Below are positions 10,441 to 18,995 of a DNA stretch of 64,000 bases, one piece after another. The DNA is from a virus. A model generated the notes under the pieces. It did not search any database and was not told the origin of the DNA. It saw only the letters and a list, made by a program, of their open reading frames with translations. Location: IMG/VR virus record IMGVR_UViG_3300045988_140118; one strand, given 5' to 3'. The stretch's first letter is position 1. Each line of letters opens with the position of its first letter. Both the position numbers and the translations under genes were made by a program.

Positions 10441-10719
10441 ATGAAAATGCAGATTGATGAAGCCGACTTAAAAAAGCTTCTTTTAATGGCTTTGTGTAGT
10501 AAACCTTTTGTTAAGTTAGATCCGAAAGATCTTTTTCTTGGTAATTTGTGGAGGGTTGCTCCTAAAGTTGCTGAGAAAATATTACGCCAGAATGGTTATG
10601 AGGTAGTTGAGTCTAAAGGTAGAAAAGTAATTAAACAGAAAGGTGGGGAGGAACACGAAGAAGATTCCTCTTCCGAAGAACCTGTTATTTCTCGTAAAAG
10701 AAGAACTCGTAAAAAGTAA
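10441..10719 (+). CDS. hypothetical protein with acidic then basic C-terminus
   Basis: Packed ORF followed by a terminator. Confidence 0.5.
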   Translation: MKMQIDEADLKKLLLMALCSKPFVKLDPKDLFLGNLWRVAPKVAEKILRQNGYEVVESKGRKVIKQKGGEEHEEDSSSEEPVISRKRRTRKK

Positions 10720-10731
10720 CTTAAAGAAAAT

Positions 10732-10760
10732 CCCGGTAGTATCCTTATTACCGGGTTTTA
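10732..10760 (+). terminator. rho-independent terminator-like hairpin
   Basis: CCCGGTA (10732-38) pairs with TACCGGG (10749-55), followed by TTTT. Confidence 0.6.
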
Positions 10761-10768
10761 TTCGTATT

Positions 10769-11179
10769 ATGATAGACGCTTACTTATTTTCGTTTTTGGT
10801 AAAGGATACTTTACCCAGAACTTTTGTTGTGAATGAATTTGGGGTTGTCACAACTTCGTTAGTTTTACAGGTTCCGGATAAGAAAATTGCTGAAAATCTG
10901 TACTTCAAACTTTGTAGAATTAATGGGTTATGGAAATGTTCTTCTACATTCTATGGATGTAGTTGCGGAGCTAGTTCCCCAATTACCGAGAAATATAACC
11001 CTTCTTTTCCGGACCTTACTTCGGCAGTGGTACATTATTGGGAAAGGTTTTTGGAATACGCTGAGAGAAGTACCGTTAAAGAAAAAACGGTTTCCGCTAT
11101 GAAAAAATACATGTCTTTTTGGGTATCTTTGTCGGAGGAAGAGAAATTAAAAACGCTATCTAATGAAACGAAAATATAA
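10769..11179 (+). CDS. hypothetical protein
   Basis: First ATG after the terminator, inside track ORF 10643-11179. Confidence 0.5.
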   Translation: MIDAYLFSFLVKDTLPRTFVVNEFGVVTTSLVLQVPDKKIAENLYFKLCRINGLWKCSSTFYGCSCGASSPITEKYNPSFPDLTSAVVHYWERFLEYAERSTVKEKTVSAMKKYMSFWVSLSEEEKLKTLSNETKI

Positions 11180-11516
11180 ATATCTAGAGGCACTTGATTC
11201 TCCTAAAACTACACGAGCACGTTCTTATAAACAAGAAAGTAGAATCGCCAAAGAACTGAAAGGAAAAACCACCATTAACAGTGGTGCTACTTTCGGGCAA
11301 AATGATGTATATACAGATTATTGTGAAGTGGAAGCCAAAACTACTACACATAAATCATACAGCCTTACGCTTGCTGATTGGTATAAACTAAAGCGCAAAT
11401 GTAACATTGCTAAAATGCCTGTAATGGTGGTAGATTTCGAAGGAACTCCAACTAGTCTTGCCGTCCTTTCATTTGAGGATTTAAAATTCCTTATATCGCA
11501 AGCTAATAAGGAGTAG
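11163..11516 (+). CDS. small PD-(D/E)XK nuclease, Holliday-junction-resolvase-like
   Basis: E...SGA...D...EVEAK pattern; paralogous to 17224-17640. Confidence 0.5.
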   Translation: MKRKYKYLEALDSPKTTRARSYKQESRIAKELKGKTTINSGATFGQNDVYTDYCEVEAKTTTHKSYSLTLADWYKLKRKCNIAKMPVMVVDFEGTPTSLAVLSFEDLKFLISQANKE

Positions 11517-11547
11517 TTTTGATCTTTTCTAAAAACATCTTATTTTT

Positions 11548-11757
11548 ATGGTAAAATTTTACAGATACATAGACGGTTATCGTATTAAGAAACAACAACA
11601 CGGCTTGTTTAAAGTAATTGAGTACTCGTCTTTAGTAGACGGTACTTCTTTACGAAAAAGAACGCTGTTTAAAGATCTGACTATTTCTGACGCTGAAGAT
11701 CATGTGTACAAGTTAGAAACTAAAAATGCGAATCGTTTGAAAAGAAACATAACATAA
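11548..11757 (+). CDS. hypothetical protein
   Basis: Packed co-directional ORF. Confidence 0.5.
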   Translation: MVKFYRYIDGYRIKKQQHGLFKVIEYSSLVDGTSLRKRTLFKDLTISDAEDHVYKLETKNANRLKRNIT

Positions 11758-11778
11758 TTTTTAAAAAGAATCCCACAA

Positions 11779-12996
11779 ATGAAGTATTATTTTTTAAAGT
11801 CTGTTTATGAAACAGGATCGACCACTTCGGTAAGGTTAAGAGCATTGCCAGGTCAAGCTTTCGAGACAGGTGCCCGTATTGACCCTTCTATTAATGTCGC
11901 AGGAAAACCGTTTATACGTACAGCCTATCCTATAGGTACTGTCTTTGGTTGTTCCGATCTGGTCTCTTTTGGCACTTATTATAAAACGGAGTCGTATTTT
12001 CCTATAAATATTTCGGAGAGTGATTTGAAAGATAAATATCATAAAGCTCCTGAAGATATGCTACGTGCGTATGAATCGTTTATAGGACTTGCTCTTTCCG
12101 AAACAGACGGTGATTCTGAGGAAGCTGAGGAACCGCCAGTTAAGAATACCTATCTTTCCAAAATGAAGAAGAATCCTAATTTTAAGGTTCCCACTGTTCT
12201 TTCTGATGGATTCTACGTACAAGAAGATATTTGGTATTTATTGTTACGTAATATCAGATCACAAGTAAATACTTTAATGGTAGGTCCTACAGGAACGGGA
12301 AAGACCGAATTGGTAATGCTTGCTTGCAAGAAGCTTGGAATTTCATGCTCTGTTTACGATATGGGAGCCATGTATGATCCGGTAGCTGGTTTGTTAGGTG
12401 TTCACCGTCTGCATGAAGGGGGAGTTTCTGTTTTTGACTACGCTAAATTTACGAAAGATATTTCAAAACCTGGAGTAGTTCTTTTGGACGAACTTTCCCG
12501 TGCTCCGGCTACTACTAATAATATTTTGTTTCCTTGTCTAGACTCTAGACGATCTCTCCCGGTTGAAATTGCCGGAGGAAATGATTTGAGGGAAATACCC
12601 GTTTCTCCGGAGTGTTGTTTTATAGCTACTGCAAATATAGGGTCTGAATATACCGGTACTATGGATATTGACCGTGCGTTGCAAAACAGATTTTTCCCTC
12701 TGGAACTCTCTTATTTGCCGCCTGATGAAGAGATCAATGTTTTGAAAAAACGCTGCTTTATTGGGCGTGTTAATGCGGGACATATTGTAGCGGTTGCAAA
12801 TAATATACGTGACTTATATATAAAACAGGAGATTAGTTGTTCCATCTCTACAAGAGAAACATTAATGGCTGCTGAGTTGGTAGCCGATGGTTGGTCTGTT
12901 TTAAGATCTTTGGAACTTTCATTCTTGCCTCTGTTTGAAGGTTCAGGAAGTGATGGGGAAAGGGGTATCGTGAAAAAAATCATTTCAAGTAGATAG
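11779..12996 (+). CDS. MoxR/CobS-like AAA+ ATPase
   Basis: Walker A GPTGTGKTE, Walker B VVLLDELSRA, and ATAN...DRALQNRF. Confidence 0.85.
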   Translation: MKYYFLKSVYETGSTTSVRLRALPGQAFETGARIDPSINVAGKPFIRTAYPIGTVFGCSDLVSFGTYYKTESYFPINISESDLKDKYHKAPEDMLRAYESFIGLALSETDGDSEEAEEPPVKNTYLSKMKKNPNFKVPTVLSDGFYVQEDIWYLLLRNIRSQVNTLMVGPTGTGKTELVMLACKKLGISCSVYDMGAMYDPVAGLLGVHRLHEGGVSVFDYAKFTKDISKPGVVLLDELSRAPATTNNILFPCLDSRRSLPVEIAGGNDLREIPVSPECCFIATANIGSEYTGTMDIDRALQNRFFPLELSYLPPDEEINVLKKRCFIGRVNAGHIVAVANNIRDLYIKQEISCSISTRETLMAAELVADGWSVLRSLELSFLPLFEGSGSDGERGIVKKIISSR

Positions 12997-12999
12997 TTT

Positions 13000-13167
13000 A
13001 TGGTTAAGAGTAAGCAGTTTCCGGTTTCTAAGCCTAGGTATGGTAAACTTTTATATGATGGTAAGGTTATACTGTCAAATAGGGCTTTTCCGATATTGCA
13101 GGCAGAAAAACGAAGACTGCTTGCTACCGGATATTATAAAAAGGAATTACTAAAAATAACATATTGA
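13000..13167 (+). CDS. small hypothetical protein (55 aa)
   Basis: ATG ORF that exactly fills the gap between the AAA+ and vWA genes; below the ORF-track cutoff. Confidence 0.35.
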   Translation: MVKSKQFPVSKPRYGKLLYDGKVILSNRAFPILQAEKRRLLATGYYKKELLKITY

Positions 13168-13168
13168 T

Positions 13169-15055
13169 ATGGAAAGTGTTGATGAACGTGTCTCTAAAGA
13201 AATAGATTCTTTATTAGGAGATTGGTTAGATCGTGGATCTACTTATGTAAAGACACGAAAGTCCGGAAGAATTGGGTGGGAATCTTCTTTAGAAGAAGGG
13301 TCTTCTTATTCTTCGTATTATTTGGAAGCTCCTTCTACCAGAGAGTTAATCAGAAGAGCATACCCACTGGCAAGGGATATGCTTGTTGCAATGAATCCTC
13401 CTTGTAAGTTTAACGTGCAGATAAGTCCAGGAAAGATTGGCGGTTGTACTGATGGAAAAACTGTTTTTGTAAAAACCGGAGTTTTTGATGACTCTGAGTT
13501 AGAGCCTTCCGAAATGCTAGATATATTTCTAGGTGTTGTGGTGCATGAAGGATGCCATCTGTTATATACAGATATGTCGTTACTTTCTGATACCCGGTTA
13601 GACTCTCTGAGTAAGAACATATTTAATATCTTGGAAGACGAACGTATAGAGACTATCTGTGGTGATCGCAAACCAGGATTTTCTCGTTTTATTGAAAAAG
13701 TGAAATACTACCTTTTCGATAAACTTTTTATTGAGGATACTGCGTTAACTCTGGAAGAAAAACCACTATTTGAACGTTTTATGATCTCTTTTCTTCAGGT
13801 TGTTAGGTATCCCAGGTATGTGAACAAAGATGCCGTGGGAGAGTTTCTTTACCAGTTTTCCGAAATAAAAGATTTACTTCTTCCTTTTCCTACTGACGGA
13901 AAAACTACTTTGGAATGTTCTTTAATGATTGCAGATATTATCCGTGACCTGTATATCGAAGAAGAAAAGAAACGTGACGAGGAAAAGTCAAAGGGAGGAA
14001 AAGAAGGAGATGGGGAAGGATCTTCTGATGGTGATTCCAGTGTCGATACTGAAGCTACTAGGACTTCCCGTGCTTTTAAACGTCTTGAAGAGGATGCTAA
14101 GAAATTCAGCAAAACGTTAGATAAGTTATCTTCCTCTCCTAGTGAAGAAGGTTTGGGCAAAGAAGATACCTCCAAGGAAGTGTTGAAAGATGGAGGTTTA
14201 CTTGGTGAGTTATGTGAGGGTAGAATTGAAGTAGGTGATCATGATTCTTATTTTAAGAAAGCCCCTGCTGCTAAGGGACCGTATCTATCCTCTTTAGGCA
14301 AAGTGTCGAGGTATATTCCTTCTGTTTCTAGAGTTATTAAGGGTCATTGTAAGGAGTACCGGCTTATACATAGATCTATGCGTAGTGGTATTCTTGACAC
14401 TAATAAGCTTGCCGAAGCCATTCAGGGTGTTCCGACTGTTTATTTGCGGGAGGGACAGGTATTTACTGATAAAGTAGCTGTGTGTGTTCTTATTGATGAA
14501 TCAGGATCTATGTGTGGTGGAAGTATATCCGGAGGAAGCAAAATGGACGCTGCTAAGGATGCTGCTGTATTATTGAATGAAGCCGTTTCCTCGTTACCAG
14601 CCATAGAATTATTTATTTACGGTCATTCAGGTGATATGCGTTATTCGGGTGCTACTGAATTAAATGTGTATAAAGAACCTGGATATTCTCCTAAATATGC
14701 TTTAGGCTCTGCTGTTGCTAGAAGTCAGAACAGGGACGGTATCGCTATTCTTGAAACAGCAAAAAGAGTTAGAAAGTTTACGAAGAATCCTGTCCTCTTT
14801 TTTGTAATTTCTGATGGCGCTCCTGCTGCTGATTCTTACGATGGCATGCAGGCTATACAACATACTAAAGATGCGGTATTACAAGTGGAGAAAATGGACT
14901 TTTCTGTTGTACAAGTTTGCATAGACTCGTGCTATGATCCTAAACTGATGTTTAAACATTATGTCATACTAACAGATATTGCGAGACTTTCTATTGATTT
15001 AGGAAAGGTGATAAAAAACGCAATAGTAAAGAAAGCAAAAGTACATACCTTATGA
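13169..15055 (+). CDS. vWA-domain protein with N-terminal HExxH metallopeptidase-like domain (CobT/DUF2201-like)
   Basis: HEGCH motif, acidic Ser/Gly linker, and MIDAS motif VLIDESGSM in the C-terminal vWA domain. Confidence 0.8.
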   Translation: MESVDERVSKEIDSLLGDWLDRGSTYVKTRKSGRIGWESSLEEGSSYSSYYLEAPSTRELIRRAYPLARDMLVAMNPPCKFNVQISPGKIGGCTDGKTVFVKTGVFDDSELEPSEMLDIFLGVVVHEGCHLLYTDMSLLSDTRLDSLSKNIFNILEDERIETICGDRKPGFSRFIEKVKYYLFDKLFIEDTALTLEEKPLFERFMISFLQVVRYPRYVNKDAVGEFLYQFSEIKDLLLPFPTDGKTTLECSLMIADIIRDLYIEEEKKRDEEKSKGGKEGDGEGSSDGDSSVDTEATRTSRAFKRLEEDAKKFSKTLDKLSSSPSEEGLGKEDTSKEVLKDGGLLGELCEGRIEVGDHDSYFKKAPAAKGPYLSSLGKVSRYIPSVSRVIKGHCKEYRLIHRSMRSGILDTNKLAEAIQGVPTVYLREGQVFTDKVAVCVLIDESGSMCGGSISGGSKMDAAKDAAVLLNEAVSSLPAIELFIYGHSGDMRYSGATELNVYKEPGYSPKYALGSAVARSQNRDGIAILETAKRVRKFTKNPVLFFVISDGAPAADSYDGMQAIQHTKDAVLQVEKMDFSVVQVCIDSCYDPKLMFKHYVILTDIARLSIDLGKVIKNAIVKKAKVHTL

Positions 15056-15186
15056 TCATAGACTTTTTGAAGTTATCCAGTTTAATAGAATTTGGAACTT
15101 TTCTTTCTCTTGAATTAATGGCTCTGTCCTGTAGTTCTTATTTAGGTGTTTGCTTGGTATATCTTTTTTGGCCCTCGAAAAGATAG

Positions 15187-15218
15187 TTTGTAGAACCTCT
15201 AAAAATACCTTATATTTG
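15187..15218 (+). promoter_or_regulatory. Bacteroidota-type promoter, TTTG-N20-TATATTTG
   Basis: Exact match to the -33 TTTG / -7 TAnnTTTG consensus. Confidence 0.6.
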
Positions 15219-15252
15219 TAGTCAGTTACAGAGACTATTGTCTGTAACAGTC

Positions 15253-15261
15253 GGGGGGGGG
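15253..15261 (+). repeat. G9 homopolymer tract in a 5' leader
   Basis: 9 consecutive G, followed by C5 at 15274-15278; preceded by an 8-bp hairpin at 15225-15248. Confidence 0.9.
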
Positions 15262-15313
15262 TTAAGTGGGATTCCCCCTCCTGATTTAATCAAAGCCCCA
15301 TTTTAAAGATATT

Positions 15314-15613
15314 ATGTCTGGAATGATAGAAAATCCTCAAATTAAAACAAAGAAATGTTCTGTATGTGGTCAGGAACTTCCCCTTTCTTCCTTTTCGAAG
15401 AATCCAGGTATGCGGGATGGTTATTTGAATACTTGTAAGATATGCCGTAATGAAAAAGCTAAGTATCGAAAGGCTCTTAAAAAAGACGAGCCGTATCCGA
15501 ATCCCGATCTAGCTTCGTTCACCCCTTTACAATTAATAACCGAGTTAAAAGTAAGAGGTTACAAAGGAGACCTTACTTTTGAAGAGGTGAAAATTCATAG
15601 AATAAAGTTATAA
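15314..15613 (+). CDS. zinc-ribbon protein
   Basis: CSVCG...CKIC four-Cys motif. Confidence 0.55.
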   Translation: MSGMIENPQIKTKKCSVCGQELPLSSFSKNPGMRDGYLNTCKICRNEKAKYRKALKKDEPYPNPDLASFTPLQLITELKVRGYKGDLTFEEVKIHRIKL

Positions 15614-16476
15614 TGGTAAATATAGGAAAACTCTTAAAAGAAGCTTACTCACCGAGAAAGAAAAAGATGACGGAAAAAGTTTCCGTTTCTGAGTTATTGA
15701 ATAAGGCTTGTGCTGATGGTATAACCGAAGCAGGGTCTTTTTCTCTTATGGGAATAAGAAGACTTTTGAAAAAAATTCTTCGTTCTTTAGATGACGATTT
15801 TGATAGGGATAAATTTTTCTCCATGTTCATGGAACTCTATGCTCTGGTAATGGCACCCTCTAAAAGAGCCAAAGGAGTTTTCCATCCTTCCAGCTTAATG
15901 GAGGATTGTCCCAGACAATTAGTTTATTCCCTATCAAGATGTCCTCCTAGTGATAAGAAAGTAAACACTGTGTCCGGAGAGTTACAACGTATTTTTGACA
16001 CAGGTACTTGGAATCACATTTATTTTCAGGCTTTGTTATATCGGTTAGGTCTTTTGCAACAGGCGGAAGTTCCGGTAATCAACAAAGAGAAGTATATAAA
16101 CGGTAAAGCCGATGGTGTTTTTAAAGATTCTGTTTTTGGAGAAAAAACCGTTCTAGAAATTAAGACTATGAATGATTTTAATTATAGAAAGGCTATCTTT
16201 ACTCCTTTTAAAAAACACGAATTTCAAGCGTCCCTCTATGCTCGTGAATTAGGTGCTACTAAGGTACTTTATTTGTATATCAATAAAAATACCTGTGAGA
16301 TTCGTGATTTTTTGAGGCCCTTGCAAGAAGATATGTTGCTAGCTGCTGATAAGAAAATGGATTCTATAATCGAGTGTGTTGAGGACGGTACCCTACCAAA
16401 GAGAAAGTGTGCTACTGAAAGTTGTGATACTGCCTTGAATTGCCCTTATAGAACACGCTGTTTTAAAGATTTATAA
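15613..16476 (+). CDS. Cas4/RecB-like PD-(D/E)XK exonuclease with Cys cluster
   Basis: HPSSLMEDCPRQLVY, D...EIKT, QASLYA, and C-terminal C-x4-C-x5-C-x5-C. Confidence 0.8.
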   Translation: MVNIGKLLKEAYSPRKKKMTEKVSVSELLNKACADGITEAGSFSLMGIRRLLKKILRSLDDDFDRDKFFSMFMELYALVMAPSKRAKGVFHPSSLMEDCPRQLVYSLSRCPPSDKKVNTVSGELQRIFDTGTWNHIYFQALLYRLGLLQQAEVPVINKEKYINGKADGVFKDSVFGEKTVLEIKTMNDFNYRKAIFTPFKKHEFQASLYARELGATKVLYLYINKNTCEIRDFLRPLQEDMLLAADKKMDSIIECVEDGTLPKRKCATESCDTALNCPYRTRCFKDL

Positions 16477-16495
16477 CTGTAACCATATCGTAAAG

Positions 16496-16503
16496 TATAT
16501 TTG
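16496..16503 (+). promoter_or_regulatory. -7 box TATATTTG (no -33 TTTG)
   Basis: TAnnTTTG 31 nt upstream of ATG 16534. Confidence 0.35.
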
Positions 16504-16533
16504 TGATTATTATACAACTAAAACCATAAGATT

Positions 16534-16983
16534 ATGCCAAAAGTTAAAGAGGTGGTTAAAAATCCACTTGAAAGGTTTAGAGAACATTTTTCTGAGATTG
16601 CATGTCCGGCAGGGGGTCTTCCTACAATGCCTACTGCTATATCAAGCACTTCCTCTGCTAAATTAGGAGATATGATAGCCAGGTATAGCGCTTGGAGAGA
16701 GTATACGGAAGATCGCCACATGGAAGCTTGTGCTGTTTTTGCCCAATGTAAATCAGAGTATGACTTAGCTTGTAACAAAGCCATGTTAAAAGCTGACGGA
16801 GCTACTGTCACTGAAAAGAAAGCGAAAGCAAAGTTTGGTGATAGTGACATAGAACCCCTTTACAGAGCTTTGAACGAAGCGGAAATATTTCGGGATCTGC
16901 TAGCTAATAAACTGGACTCCTTTAGTAATGTATTGGCTATGCTTAGTCGTGAATTAACCCGTAGAGGTGTAGAAAATATGTAA
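16534..16983 (+). CDS. hypothetical protein
   Basis: Packed co-directional ORF. Confidence 0.55.
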   Translation: MPKVKEVVKNPLERFREHFSEIACPAGGLPTMPTAISSTSSAKLGDMIARYSAWREYTEDRHMEACAVFAQCKSEYDLACNKAMLKADGATVTEKKAKAKFGDSDIEPLYRALNEAEIFRDLLANKLDSFSNVLAMLSRELTRRGVENM

Positions 16984-16985
16984 TT

Positions 16986-17222
16986 ATGGAACTTGTAACT
17001 ACCTGTGTAACCTCTACTGCTGAAGAGATAAACGCTTTTATGAAGGGTATGATCCCTACCGACTATCCCAAGTTAACCGAAAAAATTCGTGAGCAACTTC
17101 CCTCTTTATATGAAGATCTTGCTTTGGATTATTACAATCCGTGGCACTCTAGTTGTGGAGAGACAGATACTCACTATATTTTAGTACATTCAGCTATCGA
17201 GTATATTCTAACAAAGACCTGA
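16986..17222 (+). CDS. hypothetical protein
   Basis: Packed co-directional ORF. Confidence 0.5.
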   Translation: MELVTTCVTSTAEEINAFMKGMIPTDYPKLTEKIREQLPSLYEDLALDYYNPWHSSCGETDTHYILVHSAIEYILTKT

Positions 17223-17223
17223 G

Positions 17224-17640
17224 ATGCCAAAAATAAAAAAAGTAAAACTTACGAGGAAAAAAAGACTTTCCAAAGAGCTTATTCGAAAGAATAATGTGGT
17301 TGTGAAAAAACCTACTAGTAAAAGTTGTTGGAAGTCTTTCGAAGCTCTTGTTGCTAAGTTTTTCAGTACCCGCAGAGTTCCTTTGTCCGGAAGTAATAGT
17401 GGACATGGAACGAATAGTGACTCTTTGCATGATAAGTTGTACATTGAGTGCAAAGTACGCCAGAAAATTTCTTTGTGGCAGCTATTTACAGATACGGAAG
17501 AAAAAGCAAAGGTGGAGAAAAAGTTTCCCGTAGTTGCCATTAAACAAAAAGGAGGCAAAGGGTATCTGTTGGTGCTTCGTCCAGAAGATTTGCAAGAGAT
17601 CGCAAAAATTCAACGGGAAGGTATTGCAGAACCGGAATAA
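17224..17640 (+). CDS. small PD-(D/E)XK nuclease, paralog of 11163-11516
   Basis: E...PLSGSNSG...D...YIECK pattern. Confidence 0.5.
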   Translation: MPKIKKVKLTRKKRLSKELIRKNNVVVKKPTSKSCWKSFEALVAKFFSTRRVPLSGSNSGHGTNSDSLHDKLYIECKVRQKISLWQLFTDTEEKAKVEKKFPVVAIKQKGGKGYLLVLRPEDLQEIAKIQREGIAEPE

Positions 17641-17646
17641 TTATTG

Positions 17647-17654
17647 TATGTTTG
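17647..17654 (+). promoter_or_regulatory. -7 box TATGTTTG
   Basis: TAnnTTTG upstream of the SpoVS-like gene. Confidence 0.35.
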
Positions 17655-17704
17655 TAAATCTCAAAAACAAAGTTACCGAAGGACTAATTTAAATCGTGGA
17701 AATT

Positions 17705-17989
17705 ATGGAAGTAGTTAACGAGACACAGAAAGTACTTCGGTGTTCAACAGCCACAGATGCTAATAAACTTGCTGAAAGTATCTATTCTTCTTGTAAGAAT
17801 GATGCTAATGTTAAGTTAAGCATCCGTGTTATCGGAGCAGGCGCTTTGAATCAAGCAGTGAAAGCCTCTATCCTAAGCAATAAATTCTTTTCTAAAAAGG
17901 GATTGCGTGTAGGTTTAGTTCCTTCATTTCAAGATTCAGAGAACAACGTAACAGTGATAGAACTAAAAGTATTTCTTTTAAAGAATTAA
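17705..17989 (+). CDS. SpoVS-like protein
   Basis: IGAGALNQAVKA matches the conserved SpoVS core as I recall it. ATG 17705 preferred over GTG 17696. Confidence 0.8.
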   Translation: MEVVNETQKVLRCSTATDANKLAESIYSSCKNDANVKLSIRVIGAGALNQAVKASILSNKFFSKKGLRVGLVPSFQDSENNVTVIELKVFLLKN

Positions 17990-18024
17990 TAACTGAAATT
18001 CCTTGGAGATACTAAAAGTTTTTA

Positions 18025-18032
18025 TACCTTTG
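18025..18032 (+). promoter_or_regulatory. -7 box TACCTTTG
   Basis: TAnnTTTG 72 nt upstream of the micro-ORF at 18104. Confidence 0.35.
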
Positions 18033-18103
18033 CACCGTAGCGGTTAATACCAGCTAATCGCTTTATAAAAGAATACTGCTGCATCATTTAAATTTTTAGA
18101 ACT

Positions 18104-18199
18104 ATGCCTAGAAAGAAAGCTCCTGCAACAAAACCAGGTAGAAAGACAGCCGGTGGTGGTAAGAAAGCGGCTGCTAAGACAGCTAAATCATCTAGCTGA
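18104..18199 (+). CDS. 31-aa Lys/Ala/Pro-rich histone-H1-like peptide
   Basis: MPRKKAPATKPGRKTAGGGKKAAAKTAKSSS, flanked by its own -7 box and a hairpin. Confidence 0.45.
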   Translation: MPRKKAPATKPGRKTAGGGKKAAAKTAKSSS

Positions 18200-18226
18200 T
18201 TTTTGGTAAACTGATTGATTAATCAC

Positions 18227-18260
18227 AAAAAGCCTTTTCATTCACTTGGAGAGGCTTTTT
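18227..18260 (+). terminator. terminator-like hairpin
   Basis: AAAAAGCCT pairs with AGGCTTTTT (9-bp stem, 16-nt loop). Confidence 0.5.
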
Positions 18261-18275
18261 CATTATAAAAATTAT

Positions 18276-18995
18276 ATGGAGAAAAAAGTATTATTGTTTT
18301 CCGGAGGTTTTGACTCCACTTTACAGGAATGGCTGATTAAACCTGATGTGTTATTGTATGTGGATATGAAGACTTCTTATTCGGAGGTTGAAATAGAATT
18401 TTTAAAAACACTTCCCACTTATTATACAGATCGGCTTATTATAAAAGAGTGCCCCCTAGGAGAGTATGAACGTGAAAATAAGTACCTCCCTTATCGAAAT
18501 TTGATATTAGGGACTCTTGCTATGGAATATGGTCAACACGTTTACTTTGGGTTTAATGAAGCTGATAACGCTCCTGATAAAGATGATCTCTTCTTAAAAA
18601 GAATCACTTCCTTATTCAAACATTTGAACGTAAATTGTATTGGAGATATGGGATGGGAGAATAGGAAATTCAGTTTTAACGCTCCTTTTAAACATCTGAC
18701 AAAAACAGAACTGGTTGCCAAATGCCTTAAAAAAGGAATGGACCCTGAAGTAATCAGACATATCCGGTCTTGCTATGACGGAGTTTCTAAGATAGGTTGT
18801 GGTGTTTGTCGCCCTTGCATAAATCGAGCAGTGTCTCTGATAAATAACGGTATTTATTCAGATGACCTCTTTGATGCTCCGGTTACTCCTGAGAGTATAA
18901 AAGACTTGATCAAGAAAACCGAGGAATCTGAACACTCTAAAAATTATTATGCCGACCTTAAAAAAGCATATAAACGGATACGACAGAAGGGATAA
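18276..18995 (+). CDS. queC: QueC-like 7-cyano-7-deazaguanine synthase (PP-loop ATPase)
   Basis: N-terminal VLLFSGGFDST PP-loop and C-terminal Zn motif C-x9-CxxCxxC. ATG 18276 preferred over TTG 18246. Confidence 0.8.
   Translation: MEKKVLLFSGGFDSTLQEWLIKPDVLLYVDMKTSYSEVEIEFLKTLPTYYTDRLIIKECPLGEYERENKYLPYRNLILGTLAMEYGQHVYFGFNEADNAPDKDDLFLKRITSLFKHLNVNCIGDMGWENRKFSFNAPFKHLTKTELVAKCLKKGMDPEVIRHIRSCYDGVSKIGCGVCRPCINRAVSLINNGIYSDDLFDAPVTPESIKDLIKKTEESEHSKNYYADLKKAYKRIRQKG

Noticed and set aside
15052-15186. 44-aa hydrophobic ORF overlapping the vWA gene stop (ATGA)
   Set aside because: It is plausible but unsupported. It is short, lies in a regulatory gap, and its 3' end abuts the -33 element of the consensus promoter.
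15253-15261. G9 tract as a G-quadruplex
   Set aside because: A single G-run cannot form an intramolecular quadruplex. A hairpin with the downstream C5, or slippage, is more plausible.
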